From NCBI GenBank assembly GCA_963923215.1, contig CAWULH010000001.1:1-41550 (forward strand): a stretch of 41,550 nucleotides of DNA, in the 5' to 3' direction. Made by a program: the position numbers and the translations under genes. The notes under the pieces are model-generated. The model was not told where the DNA came from and made no database searches. It saw only the letters and a list, made by a program, of their open reading frames with translations. This document shows positions 11,111 to 21,271 of this stretch, one piece after another (within the stretch, counting starts at the first letter, position 1; each line of letters starts with the position of its first letter). The stretch is from an uncultured bacterium (lineage in GTDB: Bacteria; Actinomycetota; Actinomycetes; Nanopelagicales; Nanopelagicaceae).

Positions 11111-11899
11111 ATGCGTATCGTGCGATTCTCACCTCTTAATTCCAAAGAATTGGGAAATGATCCGCTTTACGGACAACTCGATGGTGAAATTATCACTGTA
11201 ATTAAAGGTGATCCAATTTATTCAGGAATTCAACCAACTTCAGTAAAAGTTAAATTGGCCGACGTTCGCCTCTTGGCCCCAGTTATTCCGAGAAGTAAGG
11301 TTGTCTGTGTTGGAAAAAATTATTCCGACCATGCCAAAGAGATGGGTATGGATGTTCCGGAAGAGCCAATTATTTTCTTAAAACCAAACACTTCCGTGAT
11401 TGGTCCAAATGATTTAATTCAATGGCCAAGGATGTCCGAGCGAGTCGACTTTGAGGGGGAATTGGCGATTGTTATTTCCCGGATCTGTAAGGATGTACCT
11501 GCCGCAAAGGCAGAAGATGTAATTTTTGGTTACACAATTGCAAATGATGTAACAGCACGTGATCTACAGAAGAAAGACGGACAATGGAATCGAGGAAAAG
11601 GATTCGATACATTCTGTCCTCTTGGACCTTGGATTGAAACTGGATTTACTCCTGCAAGTCAGAAAATCATCACCAAATTAAATGGGGAAATTAAGCAGTC
11701 CGAATCAATTTCATCCATGATCTTTAAGATTCCTACAATTATTGAATTTATTACTTCGGTAATGACACTACTTCCTGGGGATGTAATTCTTACTGGAACT
11801 CCTGCGGGAATTGGCCCAATGCCAGCGGGTTCTGAAATTTCGGTTGAGATTGAAGGTATTGGAGTTCTTTCCAATAAGGTATCGCCTCGTGCCAAATAA
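11111..11899 (+). CDS. Fumarylacetoacetate hydrolase family protein
   Basis: CVGKNY, FLKP, DFEGEL, NDVTARD, GDVILTGTP; usual neighbour of gltX in Actinobacteria. Confidence 0.92.
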   Translation: MRIVRFSPLNSKELGNDPLYGQLDGEIITVIKGDPIYSGIQPTSVKVKLADVRLLAPVIPRSKVVCVGKNYSDHAKEMGMDVPEEPIIFLKPNTSVIGPNDLIQWPRMSERVDFEGELAIVISRICKDVPAAKAEDVIFGYTIANDVTARDLQKKDGQWNRGKGFDTFCPLGPWIETGFTPASQKIITKLNGEIKQSESISSMIFKIPTIIEFITSVMTLLPGDVILTGTPAGIGPMPAGSEISVEIEGIGVLSNKVSPRAK

Positions 11900-13346
11900 A
11901 GAAGTTCGCGTCAGATTCGCCCCATCTCCAACTGGCGACCTACATGTTGGAAATATTCGCACTGCTCTTTTTGATTGGGCTTATGCCCGACACACAGGGG
12001 GAAAATTTATTTTCCGAATTGAAGATACAGATCGTGAACGCGTAACAGATGAATATATAAATGCTGCGATTGAGACTTTAAAATGGCTTGGTCTAAATTG
12101 GGATGAAGGTCCTGAGGTTGGTGGACCTAATGGTCCATATTTACAAAGCCAACGTTTGGATATTTATAAGAAATTTTCAGATCAATTTATTGCAGATGGT
12201 TTCGCTTACCACTGTTACTGCTCTGCTGAAGAGCTGGAAGCAGAAAGAGAGAAGCAGAAGGCGGCAAATGTTGCTCCTGGATATTCAGGAAAGTGTCGAA
12301 ATATTTCACCAGAAGATTTAGCAAGATATAAATCAGAGGGACGTAAGCCTGTAGTTCGAATGCGAATGCCAGATGGCATTACAACTTTTAAGGATGCAAT
12401 TCGTGGCGAAGTTACCTTTGATCATAAATTTGTACCTGACTTCGTATTGGTAAGGGCAGATGGCTCTCCGCTCTACACACTTGCTGTTGCAGTCGATGAT
12501 GTTTTAATGAATGTCACCCATATTCTTCGCGGTGAAGATTTACTCTCTTCAACACCCCGCCAATTCCAGGTTTATCGAGCCATGGGGAAGGTTGAGGCTG
12601 ATTTCCCAGTAATGGCCCATCTCCCATTCGTCATGGGAACAGATAATGCCAAGTTATCTAAACGAAATGGCGAAGTCTCAATTGCATGGTATCGCGAGCG
12701 TGGATTTCTACCTGAAGCAATCTGTAATTATTTGGCACTACTTGGCTGGTCTCCAGGTGATGATGTTGAGAACATTACGATGGACCAATTGGTTGAACTA
12801 TTTACGGTGGAACGCGTTCATTCAAGTCCAGCACGCTTTGATATGAAGAAATTAGAAGCAATAAACGGAGATAAAATCCGTTTATTAACGGTTGATGATT
12901 TAACTGATCGGATAGTGCCATTTTTAAAGCGAGATAATGTGATTACTGGCTCGGCGCAGGAAATTGAAGTTGTTAAATCTGCAGTCCCAATCATTCAAGA
13001 GCGGATCGCCACTCTTGCAGAGGCGAGCGCAATGCTTAAATTCTTATTTGTTAAAAACTTTGAAGTTGATGCACAAGAGGCACCAAAATTGAAAGAAGCA
13101 CAGGCGCAGGATGTTTTAAAGAAAACACTTGAAGTACTGGAGCCACTTACAAATTGGAATCATATTGAAATTGAAGCGGTACTTCGTTCTGCATTATTAG
13201 ATGGACTTGGCTTAAAACCACGTATTGCTTTTGGCAGCGTACGTGTGGCAGTTACAGGTTCTCACATTTCACCACCGTTATTTGAGTCGATGGCCCTACT
13301 CGGCAAAGAGCGTTCAATCACTCGGTTAAAGCAGGGTATCCTTTAG
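11889..13346 (+). CDS. gltX: Glutamate--tRNA ligase
   Basis: RFAPSPTGDLHVG (HIGH), KLSKR (KMSKS). Probable GTG start at 11889 rather than 11811. Confidence 0.97.
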   Translation: MPNKEVRVRFAPSPTGDLHVGNIRTALFDWAYARHTGGKFIFRIEDTDRERVTDEYINAAIETLKWLGLNWDEGPEVGGPNGPYLQSQRLDIYKKFSDQFIADGFAYHCYCSAEELEAEREKQKAANVAPGYSGKCRNISPEDLARYKSEGRKPVVRMRMPDGITTFKDAIRGEVTFDHKFVPDFVLVRADGSPLYTLAVAVDDVLMNVTHILRGEDLLSSTPRQFQVYRAMGKVEADFPVMAHLPFVMGTDNAKLSKRNGEVSIAWYRERGFLPEAICNYLALLGWSPGDDVENITMDQLVELFTVERVHSSPARFDMKKLEAINGDKIRLLTVDDLTDRIVPFLKRDNVITGSAQEIEVVKSAVPIIQERIATLAEASAMLKFLFVKNFEVDAQEAPKLKEAQAQDVLKKTLEVLEPLTNWNHIEIEAVLRSALLDGLGLKPRIAFGSVRVAVTGSHISPPLFESMALLGKERSITRLKQGIL

Positions 13347-13362
13347 CCCCTCAATTAAATAT

Positions 13363-13434
13363 TGGGGTATGGGGTAATTGGCAGCCCAGCGGATTCTGGT
13401 TCCGCGTGTCTAGGTTCGAGTCCTGGTACCCCAG
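13363..13434 (+). tRNA. tRNA-Gln (CTG)
   Basis: Acceptor TGGGGTA/TACCCCA, anticodon arm GCGGA-TTCTGGT-TCCGC, T loop GTTCGAG; CCA not encoded. Confidence 0.95.
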
Positions 13435-13445
13435 CGCAAGATCAT

Positions 13446-13521
13446 GGCCCCGTCGTCTAGTGGCCTAGGACTCTGGCTTCTCAAGCCAGCTACGCGGGTT
13501 CGAATCCCGTCGGGGCTACCA
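13446..13521 (+). tRNA. tRNA-Glu (CTC)
   Basis: Acceptor GGCCCCG/CGGGGCT, anticodon arm CTGGC-TTCTCAA-GCCAG, GTTCGAATC, encoded CCA. Confidence 0.95.
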
Positions 13522-13536
13522 AAACCTAGGTCTGTG

Positions 13537-13578
13537 AAAAATTGAGTTTAAAAAATTGAGTTTAAAAAATTTAGTTTG
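13537..13578. repeat. Three-copy 14-bp AT-rich tandem repeat
   Basis: AAAAATTGAGTTTA x2 followed by AAAAATTTAGTTTG. Confidence 0.8.
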
Positions 13579-13580
13579 AA

Positions 13581-14294
13581 TTATTTAGCTAAGAAATCTG
13601 TAAGTCGCGCCGCAGTTGCAACAACTGCTGCTGCATGTACCCGTCCTGGTTGGCGACCTAATCTCTCAACTGGTCCACTTATAGATACTGCAGCAATAAC
13701 TTTTCCATTTGGTCCACGAACTGGTGCCGAAACAGATGCTACTCCTGCTTCGCGCTCGCCAACTGATTGTGCCCAGCCACGGCGACGATCTGCAGCCAGC
13801 ATTGTTGCAGTGAATTTTGCATTTTGAAGTCCACGTCGAATTTTCTCTGGATCTTCCCAAGCTAAAAGAATTTGAGCAGCAGAACCTGCCTGCATAGTTA
13901 GAACAGATCCGGTTGGAACTGAATCTCGTAATCCCGAGAGACGCTCTGCAGTTGCAACACAGATACGTTGATCACCTTGGCGGCGGTAGAGCTGTGCCGA
14001 TTCGCCAGTTGCATCGCGTAGAGCGGCAAGCGCTTGAGAAGCAACCGAGAGCAATTTATCTTCGCCAGCAACAGATGCCAGTTCAGAGTTTCGGTGGCCC
14101 AAGATAAAACGGCCGGAATAATCTCTTGAAACCAACCGGTGAAATTCCAGGGCAGTAGCCAGGCGGTGGGCGGTTGGACGGGCAATCTTTGTTGCTGCAA
14201 CCAACTCGGATAGTGAGTGTGGACCTGACTCAAGGCAGGCAAGAATTTTTACGGCTTTATCTAATACGCCAACTCCGCTATTCTTACGTTCCAC
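13581..14294 (-). CDS. ndgR: IclR-family regulator (NdgR/LtbR-like)
   Basis: [32 protein letters not shown]; divergent from leuC. Probable GTG start 14294 (alternative 14315). Confidence 0.88.
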   Translation of the reverse strand: MERKNSGVGVLDKAVKILACLESGPHSLSELVAATKIARPTAHRLATALEFHRLVSRDYSGRFILGHRNSELASVAGEDKLLSVASQALAALRDATGESAQLYRRQGDQRICVATAERLSGLRDSVPTGSVLTMQAGSAAQILLAWEDPEKIRRGLQNAKFTATMLAADRRRGWAQSVGEREAGVASVSAPVRGPNGKVIAAVSISGPVERLGRQPGRVHAAAVVATAARLTDFLAK

Positions 14295-14302
14295 GATGTA
14301 AT

Positions 14303-14331
14303 ACTTGCATCTCACTATCTGAAATGCAAGT
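14303..14331. promoter_or_regulatory. Imperfect palindrome, candidate IclR/NdgR operator
   Basis: ACTTGCAT-CTCACTATCTGAA-ATGCAAGT between divergent ndgR and leuC. Confidence 0.65.
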
Positions 14332-14345
14332 TCTGGGAAGGAAAA

Positions 14346-15743
14346 ATGGGAAAGACGTTAGCCGAAAAGATTTGGTCTGATCATATTGTTCGTCATGTTG
14401 AGGGCGAACCAGATTTACTATATATCGACCTTCATCTCATTCATGAAGTCACTAGCCCACAAGCTTTCGATGGGCTACGTCTTGCTGGAAGAAAAGTTCG
14501 GCGCCCAGATTTAACTATTGCTACTGAAGATCACAATGTTCCAACTATTGATATAGATAAGCCAATTGCTGATCCAGTATCAAAATTACAGGTTGATACA
14601 TTACGTAAGAACTGCGCCGAATTTGGAATCCGTATCCACTCACTTGGCGATTTAGATCAAGGAATTGTTCATGTTGTTGGGCCACAACTCGGAATTACTC
14701 AACCAGGTATGACAATTGTCTGCGGCGATTCACATACTTCAACTCATGGGGCATTTGGGGCGCTCGCATTTGGAATCGGAACCTCAGAAGTAGAGCACGT
14801 TTTAGCAACTCAGACTCTGCCACTACGTCCATTTAAGACAATGGCGATTAATGTAGAAGGAAAATTAAATCCAGGAGTTACATCAAAAGATATTATCCTT
14901 GCAGTAATTGCAAAGATTGGAACCGGCGGCGGACAAGGTTATGTTCTTGAATACCGAGGTAGTGCAATCCGTGCCCTATCAATGGAAGCACGTATGACAG
15001 TCTGCAATATGTCAATTGAAGCCGGTGCCCGTGCAGGTCTCATCGCACCCGATCAAACTACTTTTGATTACCTAAAAGATAAACCACATGCTCCAAAGGG
15101 GGCAGACTGGGAAGAAGCAGTTGCTTATTGGAAGACACTTCAGACAGATTCCGATGCAAAGTTTGATAAAGAAATTAACTTAAATGCAGATGAACTCTCA
15201 CCATTTATAACTTGGGGTACCAATCCAGGACAGGGGCTTCCATTAAATGGAGTCGTTCCAAATCCTGCTGACTTTAAAGATGAGCAAGAGAAGATTGCTG
15301 CAGAGCGCGCACTTGAATATATGGGCCTAACTGCCGGAACTCCATTTAAGGATATTAAGGTGGACACTGTATTTCTAGGCTCTTGTACAAATGGTCGAAT
15401 TGAAGATCTTCGTGCCGCAGCAGAAATAATTAAAGGTAAGAAAGTTGCAAATGGAGTTCGGATGCTTGTCGTACCTGGATCTGCCCGGGTCCGACTAAAA
15501 GCGCAGGAAGAAGGTTTAGATAAAGTTTTCATTAATGCCGGCGCCGAATGGCGGACGGCGGGTTGTTCAATGTGCCTTGGAATGAATCCAGATCAATTAA
15601 AACCACAGGAGAGAGCGGCTTCAACTTCCAACCGAAACTTTGAAGGGCGCCAAGGTAAAGGTGGCCGTACTCATCTAGTAAGTCCATTAGTTGCAGCAGC
15701 AACTGCACTTCGTGGAACCCTCTCATCACCGGCGGATTTGTAA
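14346..15743 (+). CDS. leuC: 3-isopropylmalate dehydratase large subunit
   Basis: [43 protein letters not shown]. Confidence 0.98.
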   Translation: MGKTLAEKIWSDHIVRHVEGEPDLLYIDLHLIHEVTSPQAFDGLRLAGRKVRRPDLTIATEDHNVPTIDIDKPIADPVSKLQVDTLRKNCAEFGIRIHSLGDLDQGIVHVVGPQLGITQPGMTIVCGDSHTSTHGAFGALAFGIGTSEVEHVLATQTLPLRPFKTMAINVEGKLNPGVTSKDIILAVIAKIGTGGGQGYVLEYRGSAIRALSMEARMTVCNMSIEAGARAGLIAPDQTTFDYLKDKPHAPKGADWEEAVAYWKTLQTDSDAKFDKEINLNADELSPFITWGTNPGQGLPLNGVVPNPADFKDEQEKIAAERALEYMGLTAGTPFKDIKVDTVFLGSCTNGRIEDLRAAAEIIKGKKVANGVRMLVVPGSARVRLKAQEEGLDKVFINAGAEWRTAGCSMCLGMNPDQLKPQERAASTSNRNFEGRQGKGGRTHLVSPLVAAATALRGTLSSPADL

Positions 15744-15753
15744 GGAGAAGAAA

Positions 15754-16353
15754 ATGGAAAAATTTATTTCACATACCGGAACTGCAGTACCACTCCGTCG
15801 TTCAAATGTTGATACCGATCAGATAATTCCTGCGGTTTATTTAAAAAGAGTTACAAAGAGCGGTTTTGAAGATGGTTTATTTGCTGCATGGCGAAATGAT
15901 CCAGATTTTGTGCTGAACAAACCAGAATTTAAAAACGGAACTGTTCTTGTTGCTGGTGTTGATTTCGGTACCGGCTCTTCTCGGGAGCATGCGGTCTGGG
16001 CGCTACAGAACTATGGTTTTAAAGTCGTAATCTCCTCCCGCTTTGCAGATATTTTCCGCGGTAATTCACAGAAGGCCGGGCTCCTTACTGTTGTGCTGCC
16101 ACAGGCAGAAGTCGAGAAACTCTGGAGCGCAATTGAAAGTAATCCTGCAACAAAAGTAACGGTAGATCTTGGGGCAAAGACGGTTTCATGGGATGGAAAT
16201 AGCGTTGGATTCGAAATCGATGATTACACCCGCTGGCGATTAATGGAAGGTCTGGACGACATTGGATTAACTCTTAAAAATATTTCAGATGTTGATTCCT
16301 ATGAGTCAAAACGTCCAACTTTTAAGCCAAAAACGCTCCCAGTTCTCTCGTAA
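15754..16353 (+). CDS. leuD: 3-isopropylmalate dehydratase small subunit
   Basis: [19 protein letters not shown]; SD AAGGAG before ATG 15754. Confidence 0.97.
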   Translation: MEKFISHTGTAVPLRRSNVDTDQIIPAVYLKRVTKSGFEDGLFAAWRNDPDFVLNKPEFKNGTVLVAGVDFGTGSSREHAVWALQNYGFKVVISSRFADIFRGNSQKAGLLTVVLPQAEVEKLWSAIESNPATKVTVDLGAKTVSWDGNSVGFEIDDYTRWRLMEGLDDIGLTLKNISDVDSYESKRPTFKPKTLPVLS

Positions 16354-16358
16354 ACCTA

Positions 16359-16391
16359 ACCAAACTCTCAATAACTTATTTAGAGTTTGGT
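16359..16391 (+). terminator. Inverted repeat after leuD, possible terminator
   Basis: ACCAAACTCT...AGAGTTTGGT 10-bp arms with inner AATAA/TTATT; no clear U-tract. Confidence 0.5.
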
Positions 16392-16543
16392 GAAAAAATT
16401 AACTTTTTACGCATAAAAAGAGTTATTTTTTAAATTATTTATTGCGACACACCGCGATAAATAGCGAAAAACGCTTATTTTTGCGCGTAAGTTTCACCGC
16501 AAGTTAGGAAAAACCTAATTTGTACGCGTAAAAAAGGGGAAAA

Positions 16544-16951
16544 ATGAACAAGGCCCAGTTCATCGCAGCGCTTGCTCCTCACTTCGATAACAATAAGAAG
16601 GAAGCAGCTCGCGCAGTAGAGATCGTTTTTGACACCATCGTTCGCAATATTTCAAAGGGCGAAGATGTAATGATTAATGATTTCGGTAAATTCAAGAAAG
16701 TAGATCGTCCAGCTCGTAAGGGTCGTAACCCATTTACTGGCGAGACTATTCAAATTAAGGCAAGTAAGAAGGTTCGCTTCTTACCAGCTAAGTCTTTGAA
16801 GGAAGTTATTTCAGGAGCACGTAAGCTTGAAGCGGCACCAAAGCCAGTAGCTAAAGCTGCTGCAAAGCCTGCAAAGAAGGCTGCGAAGAAAGCTGGAAAG
16901 AAAGCAAAGCCAGCAAAGAAGGCTGCGAAGAAGGCTAAGAAGAGAAAGTAA
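16544..16951 (+). CDS. hup: HU family DNA-binding protein with Lys/Ala-rich tail
   Basis: MNKAQ..FGKF..ARKGRNPFTGETIQI, plus PAKKAAKK tail. Confidence 0.95.
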   Translation: MNKAQFIAALAPHFDNNKKEAARAVEIVFDTIVRNISKGEDVMINDFGKFKKVDRPARKGRNPFTGETIQIKASKKVRFLPAKSLKEVISGARKLEAAPKPVAKAAAKPAKKAAKKAGKKAKPAKKAAKKAKKRK

Positions 16952-16963
16952 ATTTCTTTTTGT

Positions 16964-16999
16964 AAATAAGGGGGCCAATTGGTCCCCTTATTTATTTTC
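16964..16999 (+). terminator. Rho-independent terminator after hup
   Basis: AAATAAGGGGGCC-AATT-GGTCCCCTTATTT followed by T-rich run. Confidence 0.8.
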
Positions 17000-17028
17000 T
17001 TAGCCCTTTTTAAATATAGAATTTTGAT

Positions 17029-17799
17029 ATGCCACTTATAGAAGTTACTCCGCCAAGTGGCAAGCCACTTGGAAGTAACTGGCCATTTAAAGTTTTCGCA
17101 AAACCAGTAATTGGATTATTGAATATCTGGCTGAAGCGGGATTGGCACGGTGGGGAAAATATTCCAAAAAATGGTCCGGTTCTAATAGTGAGTAATCACA
17201 TTAGTTACTTAGATGCATTGGTATTGGCCCATTTCTTATATAAGAATGGAAGAGCGGCTAGATTTTTAGGAAAAGAATCGCTATTTCGCGCCCCAATTAT
17301 TGGCAGAATAATTTCAGAAGCAGGACAAGTCCCAGTACATCGTGAAAGTGATGGCGCATCTGATGCAATTGAATCTGCAGTTAAATTATTAGAACTTGGC
17401 CATTGTGTAGGTGTTTATCCCGAAGGCACTCTGACACGTGATGAGAATTTGTGGCCAATGGTCGCAAAGACAGGCGCAGCACGAATCGCAATTAAATCTG
17501 GCGCTCCAGTTATTCCGGTAGCACAATGGGGAGATCAGAATTTCATTCCTAGATATTCCAAAAAGATTGGCTGGTATAAACGTCATAAAGTTTCAATGGT
17601 TGCTGGGAAACCAATTGATTTATCGAAGTGGCACGATCAGGCAGATGACCCAGCGGCAATGAAGGAAGCAACCGCTCACATCATGCGAGAAATTACCAAA
17701 CTTCTAGAGGGAATTAGGAGAGAATCCGCTCCTACAACTATTTTTGACCCCCATGAATCTGGGTTACCAAGATTTGGAAATCCAAAGAAAGCGAAGTGA
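17029..17799 (+). CDS. plsC: 1-acyl-sn-glycerol-3-phosphate (lysophospholipid) acyltransferase
   Basis: NHISYLD (HxxxxD), YPEGT. Confidence 0.88.
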   Translation: MPLIEVTPPSGKPLGSNWPFKVFAKPVIGLLNIWLKRDWHGGENIPKNGPVLIVSNHISYLDALVLAHFLYKNGRAARFLGKESLFRAPIIGRIISEAGQVPVHRESDGASDAIESAVKLLELGHCVGVYPEGTLTRDENLWPMVAKTGAARIAIKSGAPVIPVAQWGDQNFIPRYSKKIGWYKRHKVSMVAGKPIDLSKWHDQADDPAAMKEATAHIMREITKLLEGIRRESAPTTIFDPHESGLPRFGNPKKAK

Positions 17800-18797
17800 T
17801 GAATAAGGTATCAGTACTCGGTGCAGGCGCTTGGGGAACCACGCTTGCTCAAGTACTTGTCGATGCTGGACAGGATGTTCTTGTCTGGGGAAGAAATGCT
17901 GAAGTAGTTAGCGAAATAAATTCACTTCATACAAATAAGAAATTTCTTCCGGGAGTTAATCTTCCTAGTGCAATTCGGGCAACTACAGATATTTCTGAAG
18001 CATTCTCATTTGGTCAATCAATCGTTCTTGCAATTCCAGCACAATCATTGCGAGAGAATTTGGCCGCATGGAAAGAGAGCTTTCCAAAGAATTTACCAAT
18101 TATTTCAACTCTAAAAGGCATTGAAGCAAATACTCAGAAACGAATGACTGAAGTCGTTTGTGAAGTATTAGAGATTGGTGAGGCGAATCTTGGATTAATC
18201 ACTGGTCCAAACTTGGCTGGCGAATTATCACTCCGCCAACCTGCTGGAGCAGTTGCGGCCGCACCAAATGAGCAAATTTCATCAAAAATAATTGAATTAT
18301 TCACCACGCCATATTTCCGGGTTTATCCTTCTAATGATTTAGTTGGTTGTGAATTAGCAGGTGCGGCAAAGAGTGTTATTGCTCTTGCAGTTGGTATGGC
18401 AATTGGTTTAGATCTTGGCGAAAATACCCAATCAATGATTATTACAAGAGGACTTTCTGAAGTCGCGCGTTTTGGTGATGCATATGGTTCAAATCCTTTG
18501 ACTTTCCTCGGACTTGCAGGGATGGGTGACTTAGTAGCATCTTGCGGATCAGGCTTATCTCGTAACCGTACATTCGGTGAGGCACTTGGAAGAAGTGGCT
18601 CTATGGATAAAGCAAAAGCTGAGGTAGCAAAAACTGTTGAAGGGGTTGCTTCAGCAAGTGCGATTCTTGAACTCGCTCACCGAGTTGGAGTGGAAGTACC
18701 AATAATCGAAAATGTTTCTGATGTTGTACTTGCCAAGTCAACTCCAAGTGAGGCCATGAATCGAATTATGACTGTAAGTATGGCGGCTGAAATTTGA
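17796..18797 (+). CDS. gpsA: NAD(P)H-dependent glycerol-3-phosphate dehydrogenase
   Basis: GAGAWGT, GPNLA, GLAGMGDL, SRNR. Confidence 0.96.
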   Translation: MMNKVSVLGAGAWGTTLAQVLVDAGQDVLVWGRNAEVVSEINSLHTNKKFLPGVNLPSAIRATTDISEAFSFGQSIVLAIPAQSLRENLAAWKESFPKNLPIISTLKGIEANTQKRMTEVVCEVLEIGEANLGLITGPNLAGELSLRQPAGAVAAAPNEQISSKIIELFTTPYFRVYPSNDLVGCELAGAAKSVIALAVGMAIGLDLGENTQSMIITRGLSEVARFGDAYGSNPLTFLGLAGMGDLVASCGSGLSRNRTFGEALGRSGSMDKAKAEVAKTVEGVASASAILELAHRVGVEVPIIENVSDVVLAKSTPSEAMNRIMTVSMAAEI

Positions 18798-19807
18798 TAA
18801 AAGTTGGAATTGTTTGTGGCGGCGTATCAAGTGAACATGAAATATCGTGTATCTCAGCAGGTGGAGTTCTAGGAGCAATCGATCGAAGTAAATATCAACC
18901 AGTTTTAATTGGCATAACAAAGAATGGCAAGTGGGTATTACCTGGCGAGAATTACCAATTGAAAATAGTTAATGGAATACTTCCTGAAATCTCTCAGAAC
19001 TTACCAGTTACGGAAATTTCCAAATTGGAGGTTGATCTCCTTTTTCCTGTACTTCACGGAACATATGGCGAAGATGGCGGATTTCAGAGAGATGCCGAAA
19101 AAGTAGGAATTCCATATGTGGGATCTGGAGTTGATGCATCTGCAAATGGTATGGACAAATCTATTTCAAAAATAATTTTCAAATCTAAAGGTCTAGCTAC
19201 TGCTCCCGGAATAGTTGCAAGCAAGGAAGTTTGGAATAAGAGTCCTGAAAAAATAATTGAGGTAGCTAATCCATTTGGATTCCCACTATTTGTAAAGCCT
19301 GCAAATTCAGGATCAAGTAAGGGAACTTGCAAGGTAAAAAATGCATCAGAACTTTCTCGTGCTATCGATTTTGCTCTTCAATACGATGATAAGGCGCTGG
19401 TTGAGAAGGCAATCATCGGACGTGAAATTGAGTGCGCTGTACTTGAGAAAGATGGTGAAGTAATTGCTTCACCGGTTGGAGAGATTAAAATTGTTGGGGA
19501 TCATGAGTTTTACGATTTTGAGGCTAAATACTTAGATGGTTCAACCGAACTTTTAATCCCCGCCCCTCTTTCCGATGAGATATCTTTGAAGATAAGAGAG
19601 ATGGCTGTAAAGGCATTTAAGGCGATTGAGTGCAAAGGCCTCGCTCGAGTTGATTTCTTTGTCAATCAAGATGAGATTGTAATCAATGAAATAAATACCA
19701 TGCCTGGTTTTACCTCTACTTCTATGTATCCAAGGATGTGGGAAGCAGGGGGAATTACTTACAAAGAATTGATATCAACTTTAATTGAAAATGCTTTAAA
19801 AAATTAA
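18794..19807 (+). CDS. ddl: D-alanine--D-alanine ligase
   Basis: GGVSSEHEIS, LHGTYGEDG, FYDFEAKY, NEINTMPGFT. Confidence 0.96.
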   Translation: MIKVGIVCGGVSSEHEISCISAGGVLGAIDRSKYQPVLIGITKNGKWVLPGENYQLKIVNGILPEISQNLPVTEISKLEVDLLFPVLHGTYGEDGGFQRDAEKVGIPYVGSGVDASANGMDKSISKIIFKSKGLATAPGIVASKEVWNKSPEKIIEVANPFGFPLFVKPANSGSSKGTCKVKNASELSRAIDFALQYDDKALVEKAIIGREIECAVLEKDGEVIASPVGEIKIVGDHEFYDFEAKYLDGSTELLIPAPLSDEISLKIREMAVKAFKAIECKGLARVDFFVNQDEIVINEINTMPGFTSTSMYPRMWEAGGITYKELISTLIENALKN

Positions 19808-20040
19808 TGTGAAGTGACTGGACAAGTAAGGGTTCTAGTTATTCCTGGAATTGCCTGAACCTTTCCTAGGATGCTTCGACCAAGTTCTTCCATAGATGAA
19901 GACTCGGCACGCATGATTACATCGTAAGGGCCAGTAACACCCTCTGCGAGAGTTACGCCAGCAATTTGAGAAATAGAACGGGCAACGCTTGACGCTTTCC
20001 CAACTTCAGTCTGAATAAGAATGTAAACCTGAACTGACAT
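19804..20040 (-). CDS. Lrp/AsnC ligand-binding domain protein
   Basis: VYILIQTEVGKA..VTGPYDVI..GITRTLTCP; SD AGGAG before ATG 20040; conserved ddl/thiL neighbour. Confidence 0.88.
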   Translation of the reverse strand: MSVQVYILIQTEVGKASSVARSISQIAGVTLAEGVTGPYDVIMRAESSSMEELGRSILGKVQAIPGITRTLTCPVTSH

Positions 20041-20166
20041 ATTCACTCCTCAAGGTAAGGTTCATAGCGCTCTATTTGAACGGGGCTAGATTACTACCAA
20101 TAGAGTTAACTTGGAATTGCAGTTTTTTTAAGGGTCAAAGGGCTGGAAAATTTGAAAGGTGGCGCA

Positions 20167-21078
20167 ATGGCGAGTGAAAGTGAATTGATCTCTGCTCTTG
20201 CCTCGATTTTCAATAAACCCACTCCTGATTTAATAATTGGGATTGGTGATGATGGTGCCGTTGCAGCGCCTTCAAATAAGAAAATTGTTATGTCGACCGA
20301 TATGGCGGTTGAAGGTGTCCACTTCAAACGAGAGTGGTCAACTTTGAAGGAAATCGGGGGAAAAATTACAGCAGCGAACCTTGCAGACATTTATGCGATG
20401 GGCGGAGTTCCAAAATATCTCCTTGTTAGTGCTGGGTTACCTGAAGGAATAACGAAAGAAGAAGTTGAAGAGCTTGGGAGAGGAATTAAGGCTGAAGCAG
20501 AGTTGGTAAATTGCTCAGTTGTTGGCGGAGATATTTCAAAAGCTTCTGAATTGGTAATTTCAATAGCTGCGATAGGTGAAGTCGAGAAACCAGTTAGACG
20601 ATCTGGTGCGAAAGTAGGAGATAAGGTTTTCATCTCAAATTTACCTGGTTTTAGCGCTGCAGGCTTAGCTCAGTTAAAAATTGGAGTGCGCGAATCAAAA
20701 TATTTATCTCTACATAAAAAACCGGTGGTCCCATATGCAATGGGAGTTAAATTTGCCGGAATAAATTCTATGGCTGATGTGAGTGACGGCCTCTTATCGG
20801 AATGCGCACATATTGCCACTGCGTCCAAAGTAGGAATGATTCTCGATGGCGAGATTATTAAAAAGATTCCAGGTTTTTATGAATTAGAGAAATTGGCATT
20901 AGAAATGAAAGAAGATATCTGGAGTTGGGTTTTGAGCGGCGGTGAGGATCATGCATTTCTAGGAACAAACGAGATTGTTCCTGAAGGAGCCTTTGAAATT
21001 GGCGAAGTAGTCGCCGGAAATCAGGTAAAAGTAAATGGCGCCAGCGAGATTAAAAATCCCGGCTGGCGCCATTTTTAA
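20167..21078 (+). CDS. thiL: Thiamine-phosphate kinase
   Basis: GIGDDGA, EGVHF, NLADIYAMG, DVSDGL, GGEDH, GWRHF. Confidence 0.95.
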   Translation: MASESELISALASIFNKPTPDLIIGIGDDGAVAAPSNKKIVMSTDMAVEGVHFKREWSTLKEIGGKITAANLADIYAMGGVPKYLLVSAGLPEGITKEEVEELGRGIKAEAELVNCSVVGGDISKASELVISIAAIGEVEKPVRRSGAKVGDKVFISNLPGFSAAGLAQLKIGVRESKYLSLHKKPVVPYAMGVKFAGINSMADVSDGLLSECAHIATASKVGMILDGEIIKKIPGFYELEKLALEMKEDIWSWVLSGGEDHAFLGTNEIVPEGAFEIGEVVAGNQVKVNGASEIKNPGWRHF

Positions 21079-21085
21079 ATTGAAT

Positions 21086-21271
21086 TTAGCGGCTTACTTT
21101 TCCTGCCTTCAGGCATGATGAGCAAACATTTTGGCGCTTTGGTGTTGCTCCGATAAATGTACGGACGCGTTGGATATTTGGATTCCAGCGACGACGAGTT
21201 CTGCGATTTGAGTGAGAAACGTTGTTGCCGAAGCTTGGTCCTTTGCCGCAGATATCGCAGTTTGAGGCCAC
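21086..21271 (-). CDS. rpmB: 50S ribosomal protein L28 (Zn-ribbon form)
   Basis: CDICGKGPSFGNNVSHS..RRWNPNIQ..CSSCLKAGKV. Confidence 0.96.
   Translation of the reverse strand: MASNCDICGKGPSFGNNVSHSNRRTRRRWNPNIQRVRTFIGATPKRQNVCSSCLKAGKVSR

Noticed and set aside
13537-13578. Possible CRISPR array or DnaA/iteron-type origin
   Set aside because: No spacers, cas genes, DnaA boxes or rep gene
16862-16932. 29-bp near-perfect direct repeat in hup
   Set aside because: Encodes the PAKKAAKK tail typical of actinobacterial HU
20047-20166. Possible TPP riboswitch upstream of thiL
   Set aside because: Only weak stems; no CTGAGA or ACCTGAT core
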